From positions 360,001-392,000 of the forward strand of contig NZ_CP046577.1 of assembly GCF_013365435.1 (NCBI RefSeq): a DNA stretch of 32,000 nt. Reading direction: 5' to 3'. A model generated the notes under the pieces. The model ran no database searches, was not told the origin of the DNA, and was given only the letters and a program-made list of their open reading frames with translations. Within the stretch, counting starts at the first letter, position 1, and each line of letters opens with the position of its first letter. This document shows positions 1-9,430 of this stretch, in pieces. Position numbers and translations under genes: made by a program. This stretch comes from Wolbachia endosymbiont of Litomosoides sigmodontis. Lineage in GTDB: Bacteria > Pseudomonadota > Alphaproteobacteria > Rickettsiales > Anaplasmataceae.

Positions 1-1
1 A

Positions 2-811
2 AATTACCACAATACTATCAGGAAAGGCCTAAGCTGTCGGGTGATAAAGAAAGAAAAAATATTAAGGGAAATTAAAGAGATTGCAGAAAAAATCCTTCCA
101 TATAGGAAGCCAGTTTGGAAAATATTAGGTAATCTTGTGAAAGAAGGTAAGAAAATAATATTTGAAGGAGCCCAAGGGACTTTTTTAGACATTGATCATG
201 GAACCTATCCTTTTGTTACTTCAAGTAATACCATAGTATCACAAGCAATGACAGGCTCCGGATTATCCTCTAATGCTTATGTTATTGGTGTAGTAAAAGC
301 TTACACAACAAGAGTAGGCAATGGCCCATTTCCTACTGAGCAAAAAAATGAAATAGGAAATAGCTTATTCACTATAGGCAAGGAGCTTGGAACAGTAAGC
401 AATAGAAAAAGGCGCTGTGGATGGCTTGATGCAGTTTTAGTACGACAAGCAGTACAACTTTCTGGAGTTTCAGGCATTGTATTAACTAAATTAGATGTCC
501 TTGATTCTCTTGATAAAATTAAGATATGTACTGGTTATCAGTACAGTGGAAAAATGTATGATTATTTGTCTGCATCACATTCAATTCAAGAAGAATTAGA
601 GCCAATATATGAAGAATTTCCTGGTTGGAAAAAAAGTACTAGAGGTGAAAAATTAGCTGAGAAATTGCCTATTAACTTGGTGAAATATATAAGAAGAGTG
701 GAAGAATTAGTAGGTATACCGATTCATCTAATTTCGACCGGTCCAAAACGAGAGGATATTATTAAGCTTAAAGATTTTGAATTTTCTGAGGGTGTTTTTG
801 TATCTTATTAA
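2..811 (+). CDS. purA: adenylosuccinate synthetase, C-terminal ~270 aa (5' end lies upstream of the window)
   Basis: The frame is open from base 2 with no upstream stop. GAQGTFLDIDHGTYPFVTSSNT and VKAYTTRVGNGPFPTE...KRRCGWLD are PurA hallmark motifs. Stop codon at 809-811. Confidence 0.9.
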   Translation, partial: NYHNTIRKGLSCRVIKKEKILREIKEIAEKILPYRKPVWKILGNLVKEGKKIIFEGAQGTFLDIDHGTYPFVTSSNTIVSQAMTGSGLSSNAYVIGVVKAYTTRVGNGPFPTEQKNEIGNSLFTIGKELGTVSNRKRRCGWLDAVLVRQAVQLSGVSGIVLTKLDVLDSLDKIKICTGYQYSGKMYDYLSASHSIQEELEPIYEEFPGWKKSTRGEKLAEKLPINLVKYIRRVEELVGIPIHLISTGPKREDIIKLKDFEFSEGVFVSY

Positions 812-1629
812 CTATTACCTAAATAAAAAGATACTTAATTTACAAAAAACACTTACATAGCTTTATATTAGGAAAGCAAAAAAGTTAAATTTAATTCCAA
901 TGCTTGTAATTACTTTCAGTATTTCATTATTAAAGTTAATATAAGGCAAGGCTTTAATAGCCTGGTTGCTCTTAAAGTGGAGTATGTTTTTTAGAGTAAT
1001 GTATAGATGTGATGTATTGAATGCAATTACTAGTTATTTTAAGGATTTTTTTGAAAAAGCAAAGCAACGAAAGCAGAAAAAATAACAATCAAACTATGGA
1101 TAATGGATGGGCTTATGAACTAGTAAAGAACATGTCTTTACAGATATCTGTTCTTTGATAGATAATTTATATATATTGCAGGATTTTATTTTTCGTGATG
1201 AGGAAGAACTAAAGGAGTATATCAGTTCTATGTACTGCCTGCTTTTATACGTCTCGAAGAAAAGATCAAAAAATGAAAGAAAGTTCTTCAGTAAAAACTT
1301 TACTGGCCAATCATATAAAATAACGCTTTATATAAAAATTAAATAATCTCGTTAAAAGTTTTAGCAAAATACTGATTATATCTGTTCTTAATCAAGAAAA
1401 TGGTGATAGGTTCTAGATTAGAAAATCTAGGCACAAAGTATGTTTTTTGGAATTTTTTAAAGGAAAACGAGCTTTAATACTATGTTGTCGAATTAAAAAA
1501 ACTCTAGGTGCCATATTTATGGCCTAATAACTGATACGGACTTTAAACAAATTCATTAAGAGTCAATGGTATTTCACAGAAGAGAAAAATGTTAATGAGT
1601 TGAAAATCTATTACAATAAAAAGTATGAT

Positions 1630-2715
1630 ATATACTCTCGTCGAGAAGGTAAAAAAGATATTATGGATTTTAAGATGGTGTATGTTATAAAGTAATAAGT
1701 AAGTGACTCATAAAAGATGAGTCTGGTTTTCATTGTTAATAAGTCAATAAATAGCATTGCAGAGCTGTTTCATTGCGGAGTGAGAATTAAAGAGGTAATA
1801 AATTTGCACGAAGCGCTCTCAAGTAAGGTAATCTATCGTAGACTTTATTGTGCAAAATGTTCTGTTTTATATAGAACTAAAGTCTCTCAATAGGATTGAG
1901 CTCAGGTGAGTGTGGCAGTATGTATATAATCTCTATGTTTTTAGATGCCTTTAAATTTTTCGACTTATGCTAATCTTGTTCTTAAATATTGTGACATTTG
2001 TTCAAGAAATATATTCATACAATCAGTGTTAACATTAGATATAAATAAGCTAGAACTCTCCGTTTCTAAGATAACCGCACTGTATAGATAAAAATTTTTT
2101 CTACTTAATTTTACTTTAACCTGCGTTCTAATGCTCTTTTTCAATTACCCATTTCTAACTTTTGAATGTGGGTAAACCACAATTTCATCAAGGATGAATA
2201 ACTCTTGTTTATGATATTTATCAATAGTCTAATTAAGTTTTTTCACTTTTCTTGTCTATATTTTATTTTGCCAATTGTGAATTGGTCTTGAAGTAATATA
2301 CGAAGACTTCATTTTTGCATATTGTGGTGTGTTGTAAACTTGCTAACATTAGCTAAATTTTCCCTGGATTCTTATCCTCGTTTCTTTGATGGTAATATTA
2401 GTTTTTTTTGTGTCTATATTTTAAATTAATCTAGATTAAATCTAGTTTTCTACGATGTTGAAGATGTTGATAAACAAATTTTTTTCTCTTTCAAATTTTA
2501 GGTGCTTTATCCATATGGTTAGTACTATTCTTGAAATGCAACATATTTTTGCTTATGCATTATTTTGCACTTCCTTTAACATTTCTTTTGCTGATTCTAC
2601 GACTTTCTCATTCAATAATTTTGATTTCAATGCTATTAAAATCTCCTATTTTACTTACTTCAGCATGGCTTCTTTTTCATTATTGCTTATCTGTTCTTAT
2701 ACAGTGGGAATTGAT
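1630..2715 (-). mobile_element. Decayed IS630/Tc1-like insertion sequence, copy R1. Near full length (~1.08 kb) with both terminal inverted repeats recognisable and the transposase frame destroyed. Boundaries approximate.
   Basis: Aligns by eye along its length with the copies at 14231, 15896, 19217, 20981 and 26530. The end at 2672-2715 (cttctttttcattattgcttatctgttcttatacagtgggaattga) is the reverse complement of the 5' ends of the other copies. A weaker mirror of it lies at ~1637-1700. The terminus is flanked by TA. No intact ORF. Confidence 0.75.
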
Positions 2716-2780
2716 ATAAGCTTAATTATACCAGTTGAATTAATACTAGCTGTGTTGAATCTATATCTGGTAGTTAGAGT

Positions 2781-3509
2781 TTATATTAAATTTTCCATCT
2801 TGTATTGAGGGTCAGATGCAATGCCATATACTCTGTTTGGCGGGGCAATTTTGTTTCCTATTCCAAAAGTAATACCTTCAATTATTGCTGTGATCACTTT
2901 TTCAAGTTTACAATCTGCCCCAGGAACACGGTGTTCTAGACGGCACTTACTACCGAGACAGGGAATTCTTATTGCAGCAGTTCTATTGTTCACGCCCCAA
3001 CTAATTGTAGTTGGCGTGTGAATATCTGGATATTGAAACCTTAAATATGAATCATTGCTTGGAGCGAAAAATGGCATGTGTTCTTTCATCATAGCGCATA
3101 ACCCACCAATACCATGAATTAAGTAATCACTGTACTTTTTTTCATTACAGTTAAATAAATTACTGTTGGTTGAATCTACCAAATTAACATGCACGTTTAA
3201 TGCACTGCCTGCTCTATCCAAATATGGCTTTGCTTTAAAAGAAATATTCCCGCCAAGTTTTTGTGCTGTTTCGGTAAGTAATTCTTTTGCTAACTCAAAA
3301 TGCTTAATTAGGTTATTAGAATCATTATAACAGCCACTTTTTATCTCATATTGATGTATAGAACTCTCTTTCTCGCAAGAAAACCCAAGCAAAGCTATTT
3401 TACTTTTAACGCTATTAAGAAATAAATGCTCTCTCTCTATTCCTTCAATATAGAATTCTAATTCAATGCCAAATTCAATGCAACAATTCAAATTGCTTAA
3501 TATAATCAT
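2781..3509 (-). CDS. glutamine synthetase catalytic-domain-only protein (GlnA-like). Lacks the N-terminal beta-grasp domain and the extreme C-terminus, so it may be a relic.
   Basis: 242-aa ORF. GIELEFYI, ISFKAKPYLDRAGSALNVHVNL, NNRTAAIRIP and RLEHRVPGADC match conserved GS catalytic-domain motifs. The ORF starts only 13 aa before the first catalytic motif and ends ~65 bp from IS copy R1. Confidence 0.65.
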   Translation of the reverse strand: MIILSNLNCCIEFGIELEFYIEGIEREHLFLNSVKSKIALLGFSCEKESSIHQYEIKSGCYNDSNNLIKHFELAKELLTETAQKLGGNISFKAKPYLDRAGSALNVHVNLVDSTNSNLFNCNEKKYSDYLIHGIGGLCAMMKEHMPFFAPSNDSYLRFQYPDIHTPTTISWGVNNRTAAIRIPCLGSKCRLEHRVPGADCKLEKVITAIIEGITFGIGNKIAPPNRVYGIASDPQYKMENLI

Positions 3510-3819
3510 AGACTTGTTTCAGTAAATTCACGTTAGGTTAGTCTTACTTATATAAGTGCTTTACTTTTTTACCAACAGGTTTAATATCTTTTTTACGTAT
3601 CAATGTATCATTACTTTTTTAATATACTGCTAATCCTTGACACAAGCGATGTTTCATTTATTGAAATAAAAATGATCAATTTTAGTGCTTTTATACCCTT
3701 TACAACGCATTAAAAATCGCCATAATTTTAAGTGTGTATTAAGTAGTATTAGTTTTTTGCAGCAAGCTGTTAATTATCTTATTACTTTTCTAATTATTGC
3801 TTTTGTCTTGGTGTAGTGT

Positions 3820-5202
3820 ATGAGCTTAATTAAGCCTGAGGTTTCTGCTATGTTTTTCGATCAAATTGTTACAGTAACGGATCATAATATTGCTTGGGAA
3901 AAAATCCAAAATCTTCTTTATAACTTTTATGGAGAAGCAACATATAACAGCTGGTTAAGTTCACTTAAATTTGTTAGTAGTAGTAATGGAGAAGTTTTGT
4001 TATCTGCACCAACGAAATTCATAAAAGAGTGGATTATAGTTCACTACATGAAAAAGATATTATTATTATGGCAAAATGAAGATAAAAATATATGTTCTAT
4101 TGATATTCAAGTAACCGAAGAAAAGAATTCAAGCCCTGGCATCATATTAAAAAGCAAGGAGGAAAGTATTAATAATCTTGGTTCACCACTAGATCCGAGA
4201 TTTACTTTTGATAATTTCGTGGTAGGAAAGCCAAATGAATTAGCATTTACGGCTGCAAGGCGTGTGGCAGAGTCCATAGATCCGATATCAGGGAGTAATC
4301 CTCTGTTTTTGTATGGCGGAGTTGGACTCGGTAAAACACACTTAATGCATGCTATAGCTTGGCACATAGTTAATTCTCCATCAGCAAAAAGAAAGGTAGT
4401 ATATTTGTCGGCAGAGAAGTTCATGTATCAATATATTACAGCACTACGGAGCAAAGACATTATGTTATTTAAAGAGCAGTTTAGATCGGTAGATGTATTG
4501 ATGGTAGATGATGTACAATTTATCAGTGGTAAAGATAGCACACAAGAAGAATTCTTTCACACTTTTAATGCATTGATAGATCAAAACAAACAATTGGTTA
4601 TATCAGCTGATAGGTCTCCTAGTGATCTTGATGGAGTAGAAGAAAGAATAAAGTCACGGCTAGGCTGGGGGTTGGTGGCAGACATTAATGAAACGACTTT
4701 CGAATTAAGACTTGGTATACTGCAAGCCAAAGTGGAGCAAATGAATATTTATGTTTCACAGGATGTCCTAGAGTTTTTGGCAAAGAATATAAAATCTAAC
4801 ATAAGAGAATTAGAAGGCGCATTAAACAAAGTTGCCCATACTTCATTGATTGGAAGGAGTGTGACAGTGGAATCAGCTAGTGAAACTCTGATAGACCTTC
4901 TTAGGTCAAATCATAGATCAATTACAATAGCAGAAATACAAAAGAAGATAGCTGAATTTTTTAATATAAAGGTTACAGATATGCATTCTAATAGAAGGCT
5001 CCGCGGTCTTGTAAGACCAAGGCAAATAGCTATGTATTTTGCTAAGAAATTTACACACAAAAGCCTGCCAGACATTGGAAGAAGCTTTGGTGGCAGAGAT
5101 CATGCTACTGTTATACATGCAGTGAAACAAATAGAAAACTTTATAAAAACTGATTCAGAATTTGCTGATGAAATCAATCAGTTAAGGAAAATGTTTAAGT
5201 AG
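3820..5202 (+). CDS. dnaA: chromosomal replication initiator protein DnaA
   Basis: 460 aa. Walker [11 protein letters not shown], Walker [11 protein letters not shown], and C-terminal DNA-binding helix-turn-helix [36 protein letters not shown]. Confidence 0.97.
   Translation: MSLIKPEVSAMFFDQIVTVTDHNIAWEKIQNLLYNFYGEATYNSWLSSLKFVSSSNGEVLLSAPTKFIKEWIIVHYMKKILLLWQNEDKNICSIDIQVTEEKNSSPGIILKSKEESINNLGSPLDPRFTFDNFVVGKPNELAFTAARRVAESIDPISGSNPLFLYGGVGLGKTHLMHAIAWHIVNSPSAKRKVVYLSAEKFMYQYITALRSKDIMLFKEQFRSVDVLMVDDVQFISGKDSTQEEFFHTFNALIDQNKQLVISADRSPSDLDGVEERIKSRLGWGLVADINETTFELRLGILQAKVEQMNIYVSQDVLEFLAKNIKSNIRELEGALNKVAHTSLIGRSVTVESASETLIDLLRSNHRSITIAEIQKKIAEFFNIKVTDMHSNRRLRGLVRPRQIAMYFAKKFTHKSLPDIGRSFGGRDHATVIHAVKQIENFIKTDSEFADEINQLRKMFK
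4100..4160 (+). repeat. Possible shortened third copy of the in-frame mini-repeat, within the variable domain II linker of DnaA
   Basis: attcaagta...gaattcaagccctggcatcatattaaaaagc resembles ccmF atccaagta...cggtcaagctctggtataataccaaagaac. In the same frame the peptide [20 protein letters not shown] resembles VIQVAD...SSSGIIPK (ccmF) and VIQVADTE (metG). Confidence 0.35.
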
Positions 5203-5221
5203 AGTTCTTAAAGTTATAGCT

Positions 5222-6475
5222 TTAATCTATCTTAAGCTTAAAGTCTTTCGTTAGCTTTGCAGAATATATTTCCTCATTATTTTGATCATAGAAAGTAAAT
5301 TTATGATCATCTAAGTTTAATATTGAAAAACCGAAGCCAAAAAAGTTTTTAACTTCATGTGCTAAGTAATTTTTGCCATTTGAGCAGCTAAACTCTATGT
5401 TTTGGTAAACAGGATCTTGGTCTTGAGCGTGTAATAATGCACCACCATTTCCAACTATAATCTGGTCTGGTACATTATTCATTAATAAAATTTGAGCTAT
5501 ATGAATATGTCCAGAAACTATAGTAGTAACATTGTTTGGAAATTTATCACTAAAAGCTTCAATTTGTGTAAGGTTGCCATGACTTTTTAATATCAGAAAT
5601 TCCTTTTTTGGAGATCTCCAAAGTGGTCTGTGAGTTAAAAACCACGTGGGCTTGCTAGAACTATCTTGTGTTAATTTATTAAACTGTTCTTTAAAAGAAT
5701 CAATTTTACTTTGAGTTGTAAAAATATCCTCACCATAAGAAGAGTCAAAAACAAAAAATTTCATCGGTCCGATATCTAAAAACCAGCTAGGAACAAAGTT
5801 TTTACATTTTTCAGGCGAAAAAGAGTATGAATCCAGATATCTAAACCATCCTTCATAAGCTCTATCGCAATTTTCATGGTTTCCTCTAATAAAAAGAAAG
5901 GAAGATTGTAATAAAATATCTTTTGCAGGCTCAAACCAATCAGAGTACCAAGCTTCTTTGTTGTACCCATAAATGTTGCCACACTTTTGTGCATTTCTAC
6001 ATTTAGTTTTTCTATAATGGTAATCGCCAACGTGGATAATTAAGTCTGGTTCATGAAGAGCAATAGAATCTAAATTTTTTTTTAAGGGCCAATTATCTAC
6101 TGAATTACATTCTTGTTGAAATAATGTATTTATTCTGCAGCCTGTATCACCAATAAAAGCGATTCTACTAATCTTTTCTGGTAATATAGGAATTTGTATT
6201 CCATCAATGCTAATGTTTTGAGCACCAGTTTCTACTGTTAGTTCACAAATTGTTTCAATGTGATCGTCATTGTTAATTGAGCTGCGGTTTAACATCTCTA
6301 CTTTTTTATTATCAACATGAGCAACAGGACAGGTGTTATTGTCTATAATTGCACGTATGCTTAATTCATTATTTGGAATAACCTGAGACCAGGTGTATAA
6401 TATTTGTGCTTGAATGGAGTGAAAGCTAATTACAAAAGATAAAGCTAAAAAAATAAGGATGTTAGCTATATTCAT
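5222..6475 (-). CDS. calcineurin-like metallophosphoesterase with N-terminal signal peptide
   Basis: 417 aa. Signal-like N-terminus MNIANILIFLALSFVISFHSIQA. Metallophosphoesterase motifs IGDTGC, HVGDYHY, IRGNHE and SGHIH occur in canonical order. Confidence 0.8.
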   Translation of the reverse strand: MNIANILIFLALSFVISFHSIQAQILYTWSQVIPNNELSIRAIIDNNTCPVAHVDNKKVEMLNRSSINNDDHIETICELTVETGAQNISIDGIQIPILPEKISRIAFIGDTGCRINTLFQQECNSVDNWPLKKNLDSIALHEPDLIIHVGDYHYRKTKCRNAQKCGNIYGYNKEAWYSDWFEPAKDILLQSSFLFIRGNHENCDRAYEGWFRYLDSYSFSPEKCKNFVPSWFLDIGPMKFFVFDSSYGEDIFTTQSKIDSFKEQFNKLTQDSSSKPTWFLTHRPLWRSPKKEFLILKSHGNLTQIEAFSDKFPNNVTTIVSGHIHIAQILLMNNVPDQIIVGNGGALLHAQDQDPVYQNIEFSCSNGKNYLAHEVKNFFGFGFSILNLDDHKFTFYDQNNEEIYSAKLTKDFKLKID

Positions 6476-6592
6476 TTGTATAGAAATTTAAGTTAAAGGT
6501 TAGTAGTAGAATCATCTTAAATAATTGGAATTTATGATCTGAAGTTCATAACTGGATGATACAGGTAGTTCTTAAATTATTCTAGTATTAGA

Positions 6593-6621
6593 TTGACACT
6601 TTAGATAAAAAATTCTAAAAT
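6593..6621 (+). promoter_or_regulatory. Candidate sigma-70 promoter for tRNA-Leu, and possibly for ribA and the T4SS operon downstream
   Basis: Perfect -35 TTGACA (6593-6598), 17-bp spacer, then -10 TAAAAT (6616-6621), ~43 bp upstream of the tRNA 5' end. AT-rich background raises the chance of a spurious -10 match. Confidence 0.4.
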
Positions 6622-6664
6622 GATTAAGTAATTTAAAGTAGTTGTATAAAAGCTAGAATAAAGT

Positions 6665-6752
6665 GCGGCCGTGGTGGAATTGGTAGACACACAGCGTTGA
6701 GGTCGCTGTGGCCCATAAGGCCTTGGAAGTTCAAGTCTTCTCGGCCGCACCA
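6665..6752 (+). tRNA. tRNA-Leu, anticodon GAG, class II with long variable arm, CCA encoded
   Basis: Manual fold: acceptor GCGGCCG/CGGCCGC; D arm GTG-GAATTGGTAGA-CAC; anticodon stem CAGCG/CGCTG with loop TTGAGGT; 16-nt variable arm; T arm GGAAG-TTCAAGT-CTTCT; discriminator A plus CCA. Confidence 0.93.
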
Positions 6753-6780
6753 TATTTTTTTGTTGTTTAATGTAGGCGAA

Positions 6781-7863
6781 ATGTTTATAGGGAATCGAAG
6801 TAGAAATAAAGTGGAGAGGGCTATCAGCGAAGTTAGGCGTGGTATGCCAATTATAATATATGATAAAAGTAATTATCTATTGGTCACTGCTGCCGAGATT
6901 TTAGAAAGAGACTTGTTTAATCAGTATAAGCTTATCTCAGATAAGATATATGTTACTCTGCCTTCAAGTAAGGTAACGTGTATATCTCAAAACGTAGAGC
7001 ATGGCAACAAACGCTTATTGATAAACAATTTTAATGAACTATTTCAGTTAATAAGCTGTCCAAAAGAAGATTATACAAAAGAATTAAAACATTCAAAAAC
7101 AATAGATGAATGCGCTATTGCTTTGCTAAAAGCTTCAGAATTATTGCCATATGCATTAGTGATTGACATGAATTTCAAATATAAACATGAAATGCGAGGT
7201 TGGTGTGAGAAAAATGACGTTATTGCACTAGACATGCTATTTATAAATAACTTTCAACAAAATCAGGATGTATATGAAGTGTGCAGAACATCATTATTTT
7301 TAAAACAGACTCAAAGAGTAAATATCATATCTTATAGAACCTATAATGGCAGAAAGGAGCATTACGCAATTGTTATTAATAATCCAGGTGAAAATAGTGA
7401 ACCATTAGTAAGAATTCATTCTTCATGCTATACAGGTGACTTATTAGATAGCTTGTCATGCGATTGCAGAAGCCAGTTACATCAAGCAATTCAAATAATG
7501 ACTGATTCTGGAAATGGCATTATACTATACTTGATGCAAGATGGTAGGGGTATTGGATTAACTAATAAATTAAGGGCATATGATATGCAAAGGAAATATC
7601 ACCTCGATACTGTAGATGCAAATAGAATATTGGGTTTTGAAGATGATGAGAGAAGTTTTGTTGTTGCAGCTAAAATGCTCAAGAAATTAAGCATCAAAAA
7701 AATCCAGCTACTTACAAATAATGGCAGAAAGCTATCAGAGTTAAAAGATAATGATATAGAGGTTACAAAGTGTTTACCACTTATTATGGAGCGTAATATA
7801 TATAACAATTCGTATATGGAAACAAAATTTAGCAGACTAGGTCATGAATTAAGGGTTCTTTAG
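6781..7863 (+). CDS. ribA: GTP cyclohydrolase II (riboflavin biosynthesis), long alphaproteobacterial form with an N-terminal extension
   Basis: The C-terminal half has RIHSSCYTGDLLDSLSCDCRSQL (zinc-binding Cys cluster) and LYLMQDGRGIGLTNKLRAYDMQ. Start moved to ATG 6781 because the tracked ORF start at 6697 lies inside the tRNA-Leu gene. Confidence 0.88.
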   Translation: MFIGNRSRNKVERAISEVRRGMPIIIYDKSNYLLVTAAEILERDLFNQYKLISDKIYVTLPSSKVTCISQNVEHGNKRLLINNFNELFQLISCPKEDYTKELKHSKTIDECAIALLKASELLPYALVIDMNFKYKHEMRGWCEKNDVIALDMLFINNFQQNQDVYEVCRTSLFLKQTQRVNIISYRTYNGRKEHYAIVINNPGENSEPLVRIHSSCYTGDLLDSLSCDCRSQLHQAIQIMTDSGNGIILYLMQDGRGIGLTNKLRAYDMQRKYHLDTVDANRILGFEDDERSFVVAAKMLKKLSIKKIQLLTNNGRKLSELKDNDIEVTKCLPLIMERNIYNNSYMETKFSRLGHELRVL

Positions 7864-7937
7864 CTTTTTTATTATAACTACCTTGTTAATTTACTATGTT
7901 TGTTAATATAGGTTGAGGTTTTTTAAGGATATTTAAG

Positions 7938-8621
7938 GTGCTGAGATTTTTTAAACGCGAGAAAAGTAGTGAATTATTAGATAAGGATATGGATTGGAAT
8001 TTCAGTCGCTACAGCACAGTTATTGTTCAGAGAAATATTTTGCTTCTATTTACATTAGTATTATTAGTAGCAATTCTTGTAGCTATATTAGCTATATTTA
8101 AGATTAGTACTAGCAGCACTATTGAACCATTCATTATAGAAATTGAAAAAAAATCAGGAATAGTGCGATTGGTTGACCCTGTCACAGTAAAACAATATTC
8201 TGCGGATGAAGTGCTAAATAATCATTTTATTGCAGAGTACATAAGAGCAAGGGAAGTTTTTGATCCATATAGCTACAATTATAACTATTATACAAAAATT
8301 AGATTATTTTCCTCACCTAATGTATATAATGAATTTAAAAATTATATAGGATCACAAAATATGGATGACCTTTTTAACTTATATTCAGGCTTTGTCAAAA
8401 ATGATTTTAAGATTCGCTCAACTCAGAAATTGGATGATGATACCTTTCAGGTAAGGTTTACTGTGGAATTTACACAAAAAGGTGGAAGTTCTATAAGAAA
8501 AAACAAAATAGTTATCATGTCGTACAGGTATGCACCGCTTGAAATGAATGATCAGCAAAGATATGTTAACCCGTTAGGGTTTCAAGTTACTTCTTATAGA
8601 GTAGATGATGAATATGTATAA
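7938..8621 (+). CDS. virB8: type IV secretion system protein VirB8 (rvhB8)
   Basis: 227 aa. Short cytoplasmic N-terminus, single TM helix ILLLFTLVLLVAILVAILAIF and periplasmic domain, in the position immediately 5' of virB9/B10/B11/D4. Start uncertain: GTG 7938 or ATG 7989. Confidence 0.85.
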   Translation: MLRFFKREKSSELLDKDMDWNFSRYSTVIVQRNILLLFTLVLLVAILVAILAIFKISTSSTIEPFIIEIEKKSGIVRLVDPVTVKQYSADEVLNNHFIAEYIRAREVFDPYSYNYNYYTKIRLFSSPNVYNEFKNYIGSQNMDDLFNLYSGFVKNDFKIRSTQKLDDDTFQVRFTVEFTQKGGSSIRKNKIVIMSYRYAPLEMNDQQRYVNPLGFQVTSYRVDDEYV

Positions 8622-9414
8622 AATATTATTAATTTTAGCTTTATTGGTAAGTAGCAACTTAAATGCATTAATCAGTTACAGTAAGCCCATTTCCATAGAC
8701 AGTAGAATAAAAACTTTTGTGTACAGCCCTAACGAAGTATTCACGGTTATTTTTAGTCAAGGTTACTATTCTTATATTGAATTTGCAGAAGGAGAGAAAG
8801 TTAAAAATATTGCTGTTGGCGACGCATCGAGTTGGAGAATTAGCCCTTATGACAATAAGTTGCTTATTATGCCGTTTGAAGTTAGTGGCCGTACTAATAT
8901 GATCATTACGACAACTAAAAAGAGGAATTATATTTTTGATTTGATCTCAAGGCCAAATTATGATAAACGTCCTGGTACTGATGCTGAGAAAGTAAGTCGT
9001 GATTATTCTACTGAAAAGGATATATCTTATGTAGTACGTTTTTATTACCCTCAAGAAGAAGATGAATTTGATATTGATTCAGATGAAATGTCCTCACTTA
9101 CTCAAATGCAATATGTTGTAGATAAGCCAGAAAAGATAATACAGGAAAATGACACGAAGTATAATTATACATATATTGATGGAGGTGGCAATGCGGATAT
9201 GATACCGATTGAATTATTTGATGATGGCTATTTAACCTATTTTAAATTTAGAGATAGTAGTAAGATACCTCAGATTTTTGCAGCAGAGGGTAAAACTAGA
9301 CTACCTTGTAAAAGGTTATTGTTCGATGGTTATGTTATAATAAAAGGAGTATATAAGAAGTTGTTCATGCGTTATGAGAACGATGAAGTTGAAATCATGA
9401 ATAAGTCACTTTAG
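8605..9414 (+). CDS. virB9: type IV secretion system protein VirB9 (rvhB9)
   Basis: 269 aa. Signal peptide MYKILLILALLVSSNLNA. The VirB9/CagX/TrbG-like segment GDASSWRISPYDNKLLIMPFE...TNMIITTTKRNYIFDL is typical. Overlaps virB8 by 17 nt. Confidence 0.88.
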   Translation: MMNMYKILLILALLVSSNLNALISYSKPISIDSRIKTFVYSPNEVFTVIFSQGYYSYIEFAEGEKVKNIAVGDASSWRISPYDNKLLIMPFEVSGRTNMIITTTKKRNYIFDLISRPNYDKRPGTDAEKVSRDYSTEKDISYVVRFYYPQEEDEFDIDSDEMSSLTQMQYVVDKPEKIIQENDTKYNYTYIDGGGNADMIPIELFDDGYLTYFKFRDSSKIPQIFAAEGKTRLPCKRLLFDGYVIIKGVYKKLFMRYENDEVEIMNKSL

Positions 9415-9430
9415 TTGTGGTACATGTAAT

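Noticed and set aside
2455-2808. ORFs of 60-120 aa inside or across IS remnants (2455-2808, 2531-2719, 14652-14855, 15806-16072, 19312-19593, 19343-19552, 21311-21637, 21588-21770)
   Set aside because: They fall in decayed IS copies, differ between copies because of indels, and mostly read the antisense or out-of-frame strand of the former transposase. They are not credible genes.
3510-3819. Looked for an oriC-like cluster of DnaA boxes (TTATCCACA / TGTGGATAA) upstream of dnaA
   Set aside because: No convincing boxes or cluster were seen there. The only near-match noticed (tgtggatac, ~31047) is a singleton upstream of metG. Proximity to dnaA is not sufficient to call an origin.
4107-4424. 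Antisense ORFs inside well-supported genes (e.g. 4107-4424, 4918-5130, 5776-6030, 12169-13238 set, 17704-18432 set, 22147-23274 set, 27596-28402 set, 29519-30145 set)
   Set aside because: All are embedded opposite or out of frame within CDSs that carry strong family motifs. They have no recognisable motifs of their own.
6697-6780. 5' extension of the ribA ORF (tracked start 6697, MRSLWPIRPWKFKSSRPHH...)
   Set aside because: This part overlaps the tRNA-Leu gene (6665-6752) and simply translates tRNA sequence. The conserved protein begins at ATG 6781.
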